Source: Lingula anatina (Eukaryota > Animalia > Brachiopoda). From it: a DNA stretch of 64,000 nt. Within the stretch, counting starts at the first letter, position 1, and each line of letters opens with the position of its first letter. Where the stretch lies: the NCBI GenBank assembly GCA_051362555.1, contig CM120642.1, positions 30,380,001 to 30,444,000 on the forward strand. The letters are read 5' to 3'. Under the pieces are notes generated by a model that was not told where the DNA came from, searched no databases, and saw nothing but the letters and a program-made list of their open reading frames with translations. Below, piece after piece: positions 37,013 through 49,351 of the stretch. Both the position numbers and the translations under genes were made by a program.

Positions 37013-37092
37013 TCGAAATCGACGTCGGGCCGACGACGTCATGCTATCTGGGTCGAAATCGACGTCGGGCCGACGACGTCATGCTATCTGGG
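37013..37092. repeat. 40-bp right terminus duplicated in tandem (end of copy 3 plus displaced end of the outer element)
   Basis: TCGAAATCGACGTCGGGCCGACGACGTCATGCTATCTGGG x2, followed by unique host DNA starting with AT. Confidence 0.93.
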
Positions 37093-38479
37093 ATTTAGTG
37101 ATACTGCACCTATAGCCATATTTAATCTTTGCTTGCCGTTGGTGCAAATTGTCATACATGTATAAGTATGTGTATATTTACATATTTGGTGATTTTACAG
37201 CTCAAGAAATATTTACACGTACTATAGTTTTAGAAAGGTAGAGATATGGGCACCACCACTTACGATGATAACCAGTGAAACAGATTACGAGTGGCAATTA
37301 ATACTTATTTTTTCCTTGAGGTTGAGTATGCTTTTTTATTACCATGATAGAAAAAAAAACAAAAGATATACTGAGTATAAAGTACATATAGATAAGAAAT
37401 AAAAAATTGTGAAGATATATGTATTTATAATTAACCAAAAAATGAAGTGTAGTTCATATAATATGCACCTAATTAATATATCTGTTTTGATTATTTTTGT
37501 TACATTTTGAAAAATCAATTTCATACGAGAATTCTATATATATATTTATTCATGTGTGGATCGCATAGAAATGTAGAAATATCAATTAACCTCCCGTCTC
37601 CCGCGCAGCAGCCACCAAAAGTTGGAATTATTTAGCACTGTGTCCCTGATTTAAGTCATACATGTCAATTTTTCTATTTAAAAGATTTATCAGGTGTGTC
37701 AAGATATTTTTTCAGGGGCAGATCGACAGAGGCCATCTTCTGGATGTTCTGGAAGACGGTCAGAATTTTTCAAGATTACATTGACAACATCTAATTTTGC
37801 TGTTAGAAAATGGTTTAAAATGGAGGATAGATAAAAAAAGATAATTTGGCAGTCTGTTAGAAAATATATCTGGATCCATGCTTGTTTTTTGGTAAAATTA
37901 AGTTAAAACAAACCAATCTATATGTTCGCTTAACGCACGTAAAGGTCTGTATTTAACCCAGAGGTATGCTTCACTTCTGATCTTATTGCTAAGTGTTTGT
38001 AATTTTTTTCAACTGTAATAAACAAGACAAATATTGCAAGGTTTAAAGAAGGGATTTTCAAACAAGGTGGTAATAGTTTGTTCTGCATTGTATCATTCAT
38101 AAACAGTATTGCATGATTTTCATTATATTTACATCATAAATATTATATCTACCCTTATTATGGTATATTTATAATAAAATATATGCACATATTGACTTTT
38201 AATAATGTCTTTTTTGTCTTTTTTACATTATTATTTTTATTATTATCTCATTAATTTTTATTACTTTATTTTTGTTTCATTTTAGATTACTTTTCCATAT
38301 TGAAATGTGAACTACCATGGAAAAATACTAGATCTACAAAAATTAAATTGATAAATGGATCTTTATTTTACCATTAAATTTTTTTCTCGGAACTTTGTGA
38401 GTCAAACTCGCGAGTTCATTTAACAGGCCCAGGCTACCCATTTTGCACAAAAAAATATTACGAAAGGCTTGTCTTGAGT

Positions 38480-38670
38480 GACATGCGCAGTTAACTTAGC
38501 GACCAAGCCAGGCGTGACGTCACATAAACAGCAACCACCGCCATCTTGGGGACAACAAACGACGGGGAGCAAGTGCCCGCAAAAACAAATCTGAGTCTTC
38601 AAATTAAAGAACCATCACTGGAGTAAAAGTGACCTCCCTGGAAATAAGTCAGTAAATAGCAACTTCAACC
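38480..38670 (+). promoter_or_regulatory. CCDC151 promoter region with CRE, YY1-like and RFX-like motifs
   Basis: TGACGTCA at 38515-38522, CCGCCATCTT at 38538-38547, X-box-like GTTAACTTAGCGAC near 38490 and half-site TAGCAAC at 38657; local CpG enrichment. Confidence 0.5.
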
Positions 38671-41600
38671 ATGGCTCAGCGAGCTATAACGGAGCATATT
38701 GAGGAAGTGAAGTCGAAAATCGCTTTACTTGGTAAGTCTGTCGTCTGGTCGATGCGTTTGAATGGGAAGAGTCATGGGCAGTGCAAAGCAATGCTTGTCG
38801 ATGTCAAGGTTCTTATGTTTTATATAAAAATGTTCTTCTTGCACTCTTAGCAATTATAGAAATGCTGTAAGTGAATACGTGTGCATGGGACAAAAAATTG
38901 GACGGCTTCAGCAACCATATTTTATACTATTTATTTACTTCTCTCAGTAAATGTAAAATCTATAACCACCCATTGTCTTTACGTAAAAATTGAAATATCA
39001 TGTCTGAATGTCTATACTTTTGCCATGAAGATATAAATGCTTATGTTTGTGGATGACTTTTTGATGCTAGCAAATGTGTAGCACTGTAGGGAGGTTGATT
39101 TTTACTGTAATATTTTTCCAATAAGTATTGGCTCTGTTTAAAAAACAGTGAAATTTTTATATTGATTAATGTAACATTTTGCTATAGTGGTTGAAATTTG
39201 CCCAGTCATCTGCGAACTATCCACATTTTTACTCTTCAGTTTATTTTAATTTCAGAGGGTGACAGGAAAGCTTATTATGAAAATTCACAATGGACAATGA
39301 AACAGAACCGAGATACAATAGAAAAGCTGAGAAAGGAGAATTGGGAACTCAGGAAGAAGCTCAGTGACTGCTTAAGTGTAAGAAACAATTTTATTTATGA
39401 TTTTATTTATGATTTTGTTGTTATTTCCCATCTGAATCAAGGTCTGTAACCAGTCATTTTAAAGAGGGGGGTCTAGTAGACCTTATACCACATCATGTGA
39501 CTGACTTGAGAAGTGGCTTAGGATCTAGAGCTAGAGTGAAAATACCCCCCCCCCCCTCCTCCTCCTCACAAGGTGTCTGTAAGCCTAGAATTAAATTGTG
39601 CTTGTGTGCAAGTAACAGTTTTGATCTGTATGCTCTGAGTTTATTGAACGTTATTGCTTCTTCAATATACCCTAAATGTTATGAACATCACACAATCTTT
39701 GCAGCTTAAAGCAGTTACTATGATTTTCTGCCTTTGCAGGCTGATGACCATGTGATCAACAAAGCTTTCCATGGCAGAAAAGTTGAGAGAGCTGCCATGA
39801 AGAACAAGACAGGCAGTGTAAGTATGGCATATAAGCAGAAATGATAGATAGATGTTGTTTGGTGGTAGGATTAGGGGTTTGTTGTAAGTATCTAGCAATT
39901 GTCAAATAAAGATTCCATCCAGCTGTAAAATAAAAGGAAAGATTTGAATACTTAAGTAGTTATCAGAAGCAAAGTGATTGTAATAGGGATTGAGTTAAGC
40001 GTAGTCTGAAACATCTTGTCCAGTTCATCTAAACAGACCTGTACAGAAAGAATTGCATTTTTAATTGTATTTTCTAGAATGCCATTACCATCATGGATCG
40101 CAAGGTTTGTGACTACATAAAGAAGCTTAATGCTTTAAAGCATGTGACGGCTACTAAGCAGAAGCGTCTTGAAGAACTGCAAACACAGTATAACCAGATG
40201 GTGAAGGATGCGTCAGATGCAGTGGCAACTGATGCAGGGGAGTCTGAGGCAGCAGCGGTAAGTTGCATAATTTATGATGCAATAAACTTGATTCTCTAGT
40301 TCCTACTAGTTAATGTATTGCAAGGCATTTATGTAACTGTACATGATATTTTGGACTTGGCCAGTAGTTTGGGTTTTGAATAACTGTGCCTAGGTTTTAT
40401 GAAAAAAAAACTTTAAAATAATATAAAGTTCCAAACAAACATGAACCCAGATTATCAAGATGTTTATTTATTCTGTCCTGTTTATGTTTTCAGAATTTGA
40501 GAAATCTTGAGAACCGTTTGGACAAGGCTGTGCTGAAATGTAATGAAGCTGAGCAGATCAGGAGAACTTATGAACAAATCAAATCTAAACTAGAAGAGGT
40601 ATGTTTTCTTTTTTTATTTTCAAAGACACAAACAATGTCAGAGGCAAATTTGCATTAAACTTTTCAGATATCCAACTTGAACTTATTTGATCAGAAAGGA
40701 CAAAAAAAAAATCTACCCACAGTTGGATTCATTTTTGCATATTGTTAAAAAACTATCACGAAAAGAAATCTTCTTATGTTCACATTAGGCAGATACTTGA
40801 TAAAATCCCAACAAATTTAACCACTGTTATCTTTGTCAGAACTACTGGATGTTCTGTTAATGATACCATCAAAAAGTTGATTTTAAAGTTCTTTAACACA
40901 AGTTACTATCAGAAATGAGGGATCTTGAAAAAAATCTAATGCTGGAACTTTGTTAGTATTTAATATACCATAAAATATTTTAATCTGTAGCATTCATGAA
41001 TTCTTTTATCTCTTAGGAGTCCTTGTCCTTCCCCAATCAGCTTGATGCAATGGAGGCAGAAATCAAGAGATGTCGAGAAGAACTGAAGGAGCTACGTGCA
41101 ATGTACAATGATGCACATATTTCTAAAGAAGCTGCTCAAGCTGAACTACACAAACATGAAGAGGTGGTATATGCTGATCGTAAGAAACGTGAAATTGAAC
41201 TCCAGAAGATGAAGAAGGAAGCAGAAGAGAAGAAAATGCAGCACGAACGCACAGAAAAAAGAATTGTAAGTTTTTCACCAAGTTGTCATTATGATTTGCT
41301 GTATACATCCCATATTTGTTAACATTTCAATGTTATACCATATTATTTGTACAGATTACATAAAGTGATTGTGTTTCTTATTCAAAAATCCGATAGAGAA
41401 TTTCTGTGATGCGTCTTATTAACAGCACTTAATAAAATACACAGTTGCATTTAAGTTTTCCATTCTATTTAACTATGATTAAACATATTTTCCAATTTCT
41501 TCAGGCCCAACGAGGATCTTTGCAGCAAGATGAACTGTCACCCTCAGAAAAAGCTGCAATCCTGGGTGAAGACCAACAGGCCAAGATTACTACCTATGAA

Positions 41601-44475
41601 GAAGCTTTCAAGAGAATCAAGGAAGCAACTGGAGTATCAGATACAAAGGTAAATAAACAGGTTTTTTCTTTGGTTCAAAATTGAATAAACTTAGTTGACA
41701 CACATTAAAGAGTGTTTTGGATTGTACAATCTTTTTCCTACATCATTTAAAAATTGGTGTTAATTGGTTTTAAGTTTCACATAAAGGTAGGGTTTATATA
41801 CTAAAGGGTGAATAAGTAACTTTATTAATTTTATTTTAGGAAGTGGTTGATAGATTTGAGAACCAGGGTGAGACACAGCGCCATCTGGAGGAGCTTAAGA
41901 AAGACTCAGAGAAACAGATACAGAGACTAAGAGAGGAGAAGGAGAAATTGCAGCAGGAATTCGAAGATATGAAATATACAGGAGAAGCCAAACTTTCAAG
42001 GTAAGATATTTATACTTCTGTATGAGGAGGGGGTGATGAGAGGAGAGGGTTAGTATGTATTTGTAAGCAATTATTCTAGCAATACAACACATTAATTTTT
42101 TTTATTCCTAAAAAGCTCAAATCATTCATACAGCAGTATGTGTTGGATTTCTGAAAGTACTTTTTGTAGTTTTGCTGTTGAAATGAAAAGTATGGGACAT
42201 TAAAATAATATCTTGGTTTTTCATCATTCCAGTGGACAGAGGTTACTTGAAGAATTTGAGACACATCTGGCAGAGGAAGAGAGGCGTAAAGAAGAAGCAG
42301 GAGAGCGACTTGACAAAGCAAGTAAAATCCTGGTCAGCGTTAAGGCAGGCGTGGAGCACCTTTCTGATAAACTCACTCACCTCAAAGCAGTAAGTATTTA
42401 GTGGTAGTGTATGTAGACTACTACAGCATACATCAAGAAAGGAAAGTGTTCATAGGTCATGGGAAATAGTAAATATATATTGTATACCTGGTTTTAGTTA
42501 TGTCTTAAAGTAAATTCATTGTTCCCCATTCAGAACATAAGATTTGAAAATGAAATCTTAGTTATACTTTTTATTACAGTCATGTTGTACCTTTTAAATA
42601 TTTTATTTTTCTTTGAGTGATATAGTTATTAAAAAGACACTTTAAACAATTCTGGTGTTGAACTGTCAATAACAGGTACCATACAATCTGTATTTGTCTT
42701 CCAGAACAAAGGTCACGTTCCACAGGCACAGATCTCAGCTACATCAGACGAGTATGTACTGGACTTGTTATCCACAGCTGAAGAAAAGTTACTCAAACTT
42801 CTTGAAGATTTGGATGGCAAAGATATCAGTGAAGCTCTTAAACTGATGGAGGAAGAAGAGGTAAGTAGAGCCTGGAGGTCCTTAATCACCTGTAATAGGT
42901 AGTGATGTCTATGAAGTTATAATCTTTTCACAAATGAGCTTCAGCAGGTATCTTTTGGTACAGATGTGCAAAATTTTATTTTGGCAGTTTTAAACTTGAT
43001 TACATATCACAGAATGTTGACTGAAAAATCGCTTATAATTGCCGAGAATATATACTGATGTCACAGCAAGGATGGGGATTCTTTACCTCCACCCCATTTT
43101 AAATGGCCCATCAAATACAAGTGTACACAATCAGTATTCCAATTATCATTTTCTTTTCAGTTCCATGCCAGTATAGAAGGAAAACTACCTTCATATAACA
43201 CTAGGATCAAACTTCCAGTTACTCATAAAGACAATGTCTATGACGGTGAGTATCACTATACAGTCACAGTGTATTCTGTCCAGAAAACTGTTGAGTTAAT
43301 ATACACTTTCTTTTAACACATGGGGTTGACATTTGAGTTGGAATCTACTTTCATCTGATCAGCTTGTGACTTTTAATCTGGACCAGAAAAGTAAAAATTG
43401 CATATGAAATGTCAACCCTAATCTTGCTTCTACACAACATGCTACTTGACACGTACATCCACATCCAAATACTCCTATTTCACAATTTATCAAAAACTAT
43501 GTTTTGCTTGTAGAAAAATAACCCTTAGCAACAGACTTTATTAGGTAGAATTCAAGTAGATAAATTATAATTCATTGTATCTGTTCTATGTGATAATGTG
43601 TTCGTGATGAGTGAATGTGCGAAAATAAACAATATTTTAAAAGAAAATTTTGTAAGAGCACCAGAGTGTACACATCTTTGTAATTAGCATATTAACCTGA
43701 CAAAATTACTCAACAGTATTTATGTAATTCCTCATCTTCAGATGACAGTTTAGGCTACAGCAGTTGTAAGTGACTGAAAGCTAAATGTGTGCACTATACA
43801 ATTTGCATTGACATTTTGCATGCCTCATGTTTTAAATTTGTTATGGCATTTTCGGCCAAGTGAAAGACTTGTCTGAGAATGCTTGGTTTATGTTTATAAA
43901 GTTTTCATTTCATTTATTAGGTTTCGATTTAGGTTGTAGTGCATTTTGTTTGCATGATACCTTCTGTCACATTCATAAGTTTCAAGCTAGCACAAGCCCT
44001 TGAAATATATGAAACACTCTTTCCTTCATGAATTTATTTTGGGAATTATTTAGTATTTGGCAGCAGTCTATTAATGAAAAACATTCATATGTTTGATGGA
44101 TTATTCATATTGAATTGCATGCTCTTTAGTGGAAAATAACTTTACCTATTTAGCTTTTGAGGTGTAAATGTGCAGGAAAAACTATGCCTTTAAATTTCAA
44201 TAAAAAAAAAAAACATCTTGGACATCACCTGATGGTTTTGAATTTTTACAATATCACAAAACCCAGATTACTATACTTGTCAAAATACAAATGGTAATGT
44301 GTTGATTTTCAATGATAATTTACAAATTGTATCTCCTTTTTCAGATGAAGATGAAAGCGGAGATGATGACGGTGATGTTCTCACGAGAAATCTAATCAAG
44401 AGACAAGCCCAAAACATGATTGATGCCAAGACTAAGAGAAAGATGGGAGGAAAGAGGAAGAAAAAAACCAAATAA
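38671..44475 (+). CDS. CCDC151: Outer dynein arm docking complex subunit 3 (coiled-coil domain-containing 151), ~12 coding exons
   Basis: KIALL|EGDRKAYYENSQWTMKQNRDTIEKLRKEN resembles the CCDC151 N-terminal motif. Further coiled-coil exons (LRNLENRLDKAVLKCNEAEQIRRTY, TYEEAFKRIKEATGVSD, EGKLPSYNTRIKLP) have GT-AG boundaries; stop at 44473-44475. Confidence 0.88.
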
Positions 44476-47400
44476 ACATGAAGGTGTTAAGTTGCTGAAT
44501 AAAAGACTTAAAATTGATACATGAGCCCAGTATTTACTGCATAGAGGGATGTGGTTGTATCCCAGTTTCTGGATTTTAACTTTTTAAAAATCTTTTCTTG
44601 GATTTTTGCACAACTTTGTAAAAAATTTTTTCAAGAACTTGAGTTTGAAAATAGAACCTTAAAATGCTAGTTCAATTTGTCACAATGGCCACAAAGTGAC
44701 AAAGGATCAAGTTAATACATTCAAAGCATACTTAAATTTTTGAGGTGGTATGTAGCACTTCTGCAGGATAAATGGATGAGATTTCTACATTCATCTGGAA
44801 TTTCAAGAAAGATAGCAGAAAGGCATTTTTTTTTTTAAAGGAAAGGTCAAGACCACATTTTACAGGCTAATGTTGACACGTTACAACTTTGGAGTGCCTC
44901 TCCAAAAAAGCTTGACATTACTGTGTGATTGAGGCTGAATTAAATCAGCAGTTCAAGCACATTTTAATTTCCCTTCTTTTCATAATTTTTCCATCTGTAA
45001 GTCTTTACAGAGTGCATGCCAAGGACTTTGGTAACCAAGATTTTGGTTACAATTTTGATGTATTGTGTATAATTGCTAGATGTATAAATTGTACAAAGTA
45101 TATTTGTATATTAAATGATATCAGGAAGTGTTCCTGGTCTTAAATAGTGGAGTGCAGGATGATATCAATAAATTTATTAATAAAAATGTAATCACAGTCT
45201 TTTCTTTAGTAATTATTAAGTTTTTCAAAGGACATTTTGTGACACGGAGATAGAAAAAAAAAAGCTGATGTCTTTCACAAGGGATTCCTAGTATGACTCA
45301 CATTTTAGTTTTGTATCAATTCAAGTTGAAATTTGAGCATAATTTTGCAACTGATGTGTCAAAAAATGTGGTTGACAAGCATATAAAACAAATTGAGGTC
45401 CAAAACTTTTTTTTAAATTTGCAATAACAACATCGAGTCCCTTTTCTTGCCACAGCCCACCAAACCTCTTAAACTAGGATTAATCTCTAGATTAAGAAAT
45501 GATCGAAGCATTGAACTCCAATTTTTCATATAACAAAATAACCAGCATATTTCATGTCAAATTATTTATTGAAATAGTCACATACAAGCACAGTACAAAC
45601 AATGATGCAGAACTGCGTGGTAAACAGACTTTGCTCAAAGCATAAAACAACAGAACTGAGGGCACAAAACGGCCAACTGTTACTGGACACATTATTCATT
45701 TTACCCAGCTATTAGAAAATAACTCTATACAAGTTGATCAAATGAATCGTATATAAGACAGGGTATCAATAAATTAACATTTCCCTTGACACTGAACCTG
45801 TATAATTTATGTCAATATATCGATTTTGTCTCAGCTAAGGGTTATTTCATGCATTAAAGATTATTCTAAAATAAAACATACTATGGTGGTATTTAAGTTC
45901 CACATTATATTATTGCCTTCCTAACCACTAAATCCTGAAGTCATACAACTTAATGTTATAACATTCTTCTCATCAAGTCTTGGTCATTTTAAGTCTCTAA
46001 AACAAGTACAGATTCTGGATTTGTGAGTGGAAACCCCCTCCCTCCTCTTCCCAACTCAAAACCTCTCTCATACTTCCTAGGTAAACACCAAATTATATTT
46101 TCTGATGTTCTACTCTTGTTACCAACAGCACACAATCCATTTAACAGAGAGTGCTGATCTTAGGGTGCTTAACTCATGTTGGGGCAACTTTACACACTAC
46201 CCCAGCAAGTTAAAAGATAATATTGCCTATTGGTTAAATTGTGAGGCTTCCTTAAGTTCTAATCATCCAGTATGCTAAGAAGATATATTCTCTGTTGGGC
46301 AAACCTCTTTCACAACTGAATTACAGCCTCATATGTAAGAACATCAATGTTATTCTCCTTACCCCTTGCCCATAATTACAACAGAAATCAATACTTGAGT
46401 TATTTTTGTATCCCTCTGTTAATTCTTATCAATACTTTTGGTCTTTTGTTAAATGCCAAAGCACGGCAGCAGAGTGGTTTCAGGTTCATCCTTTTCATTT
46501 TCATACAAGGTTCTCTCCAGAAACACCATCAGTTAAAACACACCTATTACAAAGTGTTGTTGCATATATAATATATATGTAAACTGGATATTTTTCAACT
46601 TTTACCCCTTTAAAATCACACCAATCACTGTATAACATGCATGGTACATTTTTTTGGCAACTTTCAGAATCCGTGTAATAATTCTTAACAGTGTCTTCAA
46701 TACACAGAGTTCAACCAACATTTAAACTTTGTAAATAACAATGAAAAAGATTTAACAAAAGTCTATTAGCTCTCTTTCACCTATTATTAACCAAAACAAA
46801 ATCAGTAATTATTCAAGATCACACTTGCAGCAAATGATTAGCTTTTTGTACCAAAAGCAAAGGTTGGAAAAAAGTGCATCATTAATCTCACAAAGATGCA
46901 GGCATTCATCTATATGTTGGGTGACTGGCACTGTAATTAAGGATACCAAGAAAATATAATAATATTTAAGATGTCTATTACTTTAAATGTGTTTTAGACA
47001 GTGTCAACATTCCCATTCTGTTTTCTACAAATGTGTCCTGTATTGTGTACAGTATATGGCATACAATCTGCCAAAATAAAAACACTGACAAATTTGCTTG
47101 AAATGTTTCCACTTCATGGAGTTGGAGAAATAAGTTCTCTGGTTCATCCTCTCTCATACTGGCCCGTAACCTGACATTTATTCACTACATTTGAACAAAA
47201 TGACAATTTCTTTTTGCCAAACAAGGCTGTATTACAGTAGTTACAAGTGATTAATACTAGGTGAAAAGTCTCTTAAGGTATTTTGCAAGAAACAAAAAAC
47301 GAGATAATTCGAAATAAAGAATGGTTATGGGTACAGAGTTTGGAAAGAGTAGACTACCTCAGTGGTATTGGTGTATATAATATCAATCTTATACTTGATA

Positions 47401-48030
47401 TTAGTCAATAACAAACAATAAGGTCAACGTAGTGCTACCACCTGAAGTCTGATATACTACCAAGACATGATTAGCACTGATCATTAAAATGATTTGTGAG
47501 GGAAACTAAAGAGGAGAAAAATGAAAAAACCAAAAAAATTACCCCTCTCATTGCCACGAGTGCTCTGGCAACTCGCAGTTCTGAAACGTCAGCACTTTGG
47601 CAGTCTCTGCTTTGCAGAAAACAAATACAGTATGCTTATATGATAAAATCTCAAGAAGTAAAAAAAAAACTTCCTTACTTCAAGCAACACTGTTTGTGCA
47701 CAAGATACCTAGCTCACTCACTTTAATGAACCATCTATAACAATAAGTTGATAATTATAATGAAAAAGAAAAAAGTAGGTACAAATGCTCTTCACCAGTA
47801 ACCCAAGCAATGCTCTTAACTATATTCCTGGTGGTATGTAGCATTCTCACTTATCTCTCTTCAAGGAGACCATGCTGTCTCTTTCCACCTACGATTAAAT
47901 ACATTTATAACGACAAATAATCAATTATAATGAAAAACAAAAAACTAGGGAAAAAGTTCTCATAAAGTGACAAGTATCCCCACCCGTTAGCACAAGCTGG
48001 GATCTGTGAAAGGACGTCCCCATAACGATC

Positions 48031-48969
48031 TCACTTAGGCCTCTTGAAGGAAACTTGCAGGCGCTTTCCACCAGCGAAGCTGAAGCCATTCAGGTTCTGT
48101 ATGGCCCAGCAGGCCTCCTGGTAATTCATCATGGTGACAAACCCGAAGCCCCGACTGGCCCCAGTCTGCTGGTCACGCATTACATTGCACTTCTGGACGA
48201 TGCCATAGGGAGAAAACAGCTGCCACAGGGTCTTCTCATCGGAGTCAGAGCCAATGTTGTAGACAAACAATGTATGGCCCTGGCCGTGGTCACCGCTGGC
48301 GCCCATGCCACCACCAATGGTTGGAGGACTAGACTTTCCCATGGCACCACGCCCCATACCCCCACTTCCCATGCCAAAGGCTCCCATACTACCAGGACTG
48401 TAAGGGTTGGGTGGGGGATGCACCTTCTTGGCCGGCTCCTCAGCAAACTTAATACTGAGTGGATACTGGCCCCCAGGGGCCGTCTTTCCATTCAGCCCAT
48501 TCAGAGCATCTTCAGCCTGATTTCTCTGCGCAAACAACACAAATCCCACCCCAATGGAGTTCCCAGTGAACTGATCTTTGAGGATGCGCCTTTGCACAAT
48601 TGAACCAAAGCCACAGAACAAGTTCTCCAGCTCATCCTCTGTCATGCTGGTTGGTAAATTACGAATATACAGTTTAGCGTTCTTGATGGTTTCACCACCT
48701 GGGCGTGCGTAAGCAACTTTCAGTGTCTTGGTCTCTATCTGATACCTGTTTAGTGTCTGTATTGCAGTTTCAGCATGGACTGGATTCACATAATCTATAA
48801 ATCCGTAACCAAAACTGTACCCAGTGGTGCGGTCTCGAATGATTCGTGAGACCCTCACTGGGCCAATTTTAAGGAACATTTGGCGAAACTCCTCGTCTGT
48901 CATGTTCTGAGGGAGGTAGTTGACAATGAGGGTGGTCTTTGATTGGTTGTCCCCATCTCCACTCGCCAT
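48031..48969 (-). CDS. Sxl/ELAV-family RNA-binding protein, 3 RRMs, 312 aa, uninterrupted CDS (paralog A)
   Basis: LIVNYLPQ, TGYSFGYGFIDY, VAYARPGGE, LYIRNLP, GVGFV, Gly-rich hinge, LFVYNIG..LWQLF..RGFGFVTM. Confidence 0.92.
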   Translation of the reverse strand: MASGDGDNQSKTTLIVNYLPQNMTDEEFRQMFLKIGPVRVSRIIRDRTTGYSFGYGFIDYVNPVHAETAIQTLNRYQIETKTLKVAYARPGGETIKNAKLYIRNLPTSMTEDELENLFCGFGSIVQRRILKDQFTGNSIGVGFVLFAQRNQAEDALNGLNGKTAPGGQYPLSIKFAEEPAKKVHPPPNPYSPGSMGAFGMGSGGMGRGAMGKSSPPTIGGGMGASGDHGQGHTLFVYNIGSDSDEKTLWQLFSPYGIVQKCNVMRDQQTGASRGFGFVTMMNYQEACWAIQNLNGFSFAGGKRLQVSFKRPK

Positions 48970-49271
48970 CTTGCTTTGGTTCCAGTACGGTTCCAGTGCG
49001 TTGTCTCTCTGGCTTTACCAGCGTGCAGACACTTTGAAGTTTGGACTTTCTCACTCTGAGTTGGAGTTTCATGGTTCCAGGGCAAAGAGAAGAAAAAATT
49101 AAAAAAACAAAAAATGAAAATACTTGAAAATTCCAGTAAAAATGCTGGAAAACTGAAAAGCAAAAACTCAATTAGAAAAAAAAAGGGAAAAAATTCTAAC
49201 CTTCCTAAATAAAGTATCAGAAAATATAAAAATTAGGGCATCGCATTGCAGTTTTTTATTCATTAAAAAAA

Positions 49272-49272
<1 letters not shown>

Positions 49273-49348
<76 letters not shown>
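49273..49348. repeat. (TA)n microsatellite
   Basis: Perfect TA run; shorter ones near 5335, 23074 and 36003. Confidence 0.95.

Positions 49349-49351
<3 letters not shown>

Larger units (their letters stand above)
24084..37052 (-). mobile_element. EnSpm/CMC transposon copy 3, both TIRs present, flanked by TC TSD, with a nested 3.2-kb element
   Basis: TC|CCCAGATAGCATG (24082-24096) ... CATGCTATCTGGG|TC (37040-37054). Confidence 0.92.

Noticed and set aside
1-37092. Tandem array as an assembly artefact
   Set aside because: The copies carry different nested insertions with clean TSDs, private substitutions and indels, and a mechanistically coherent terminus. Long-read confirmation is still desirable.
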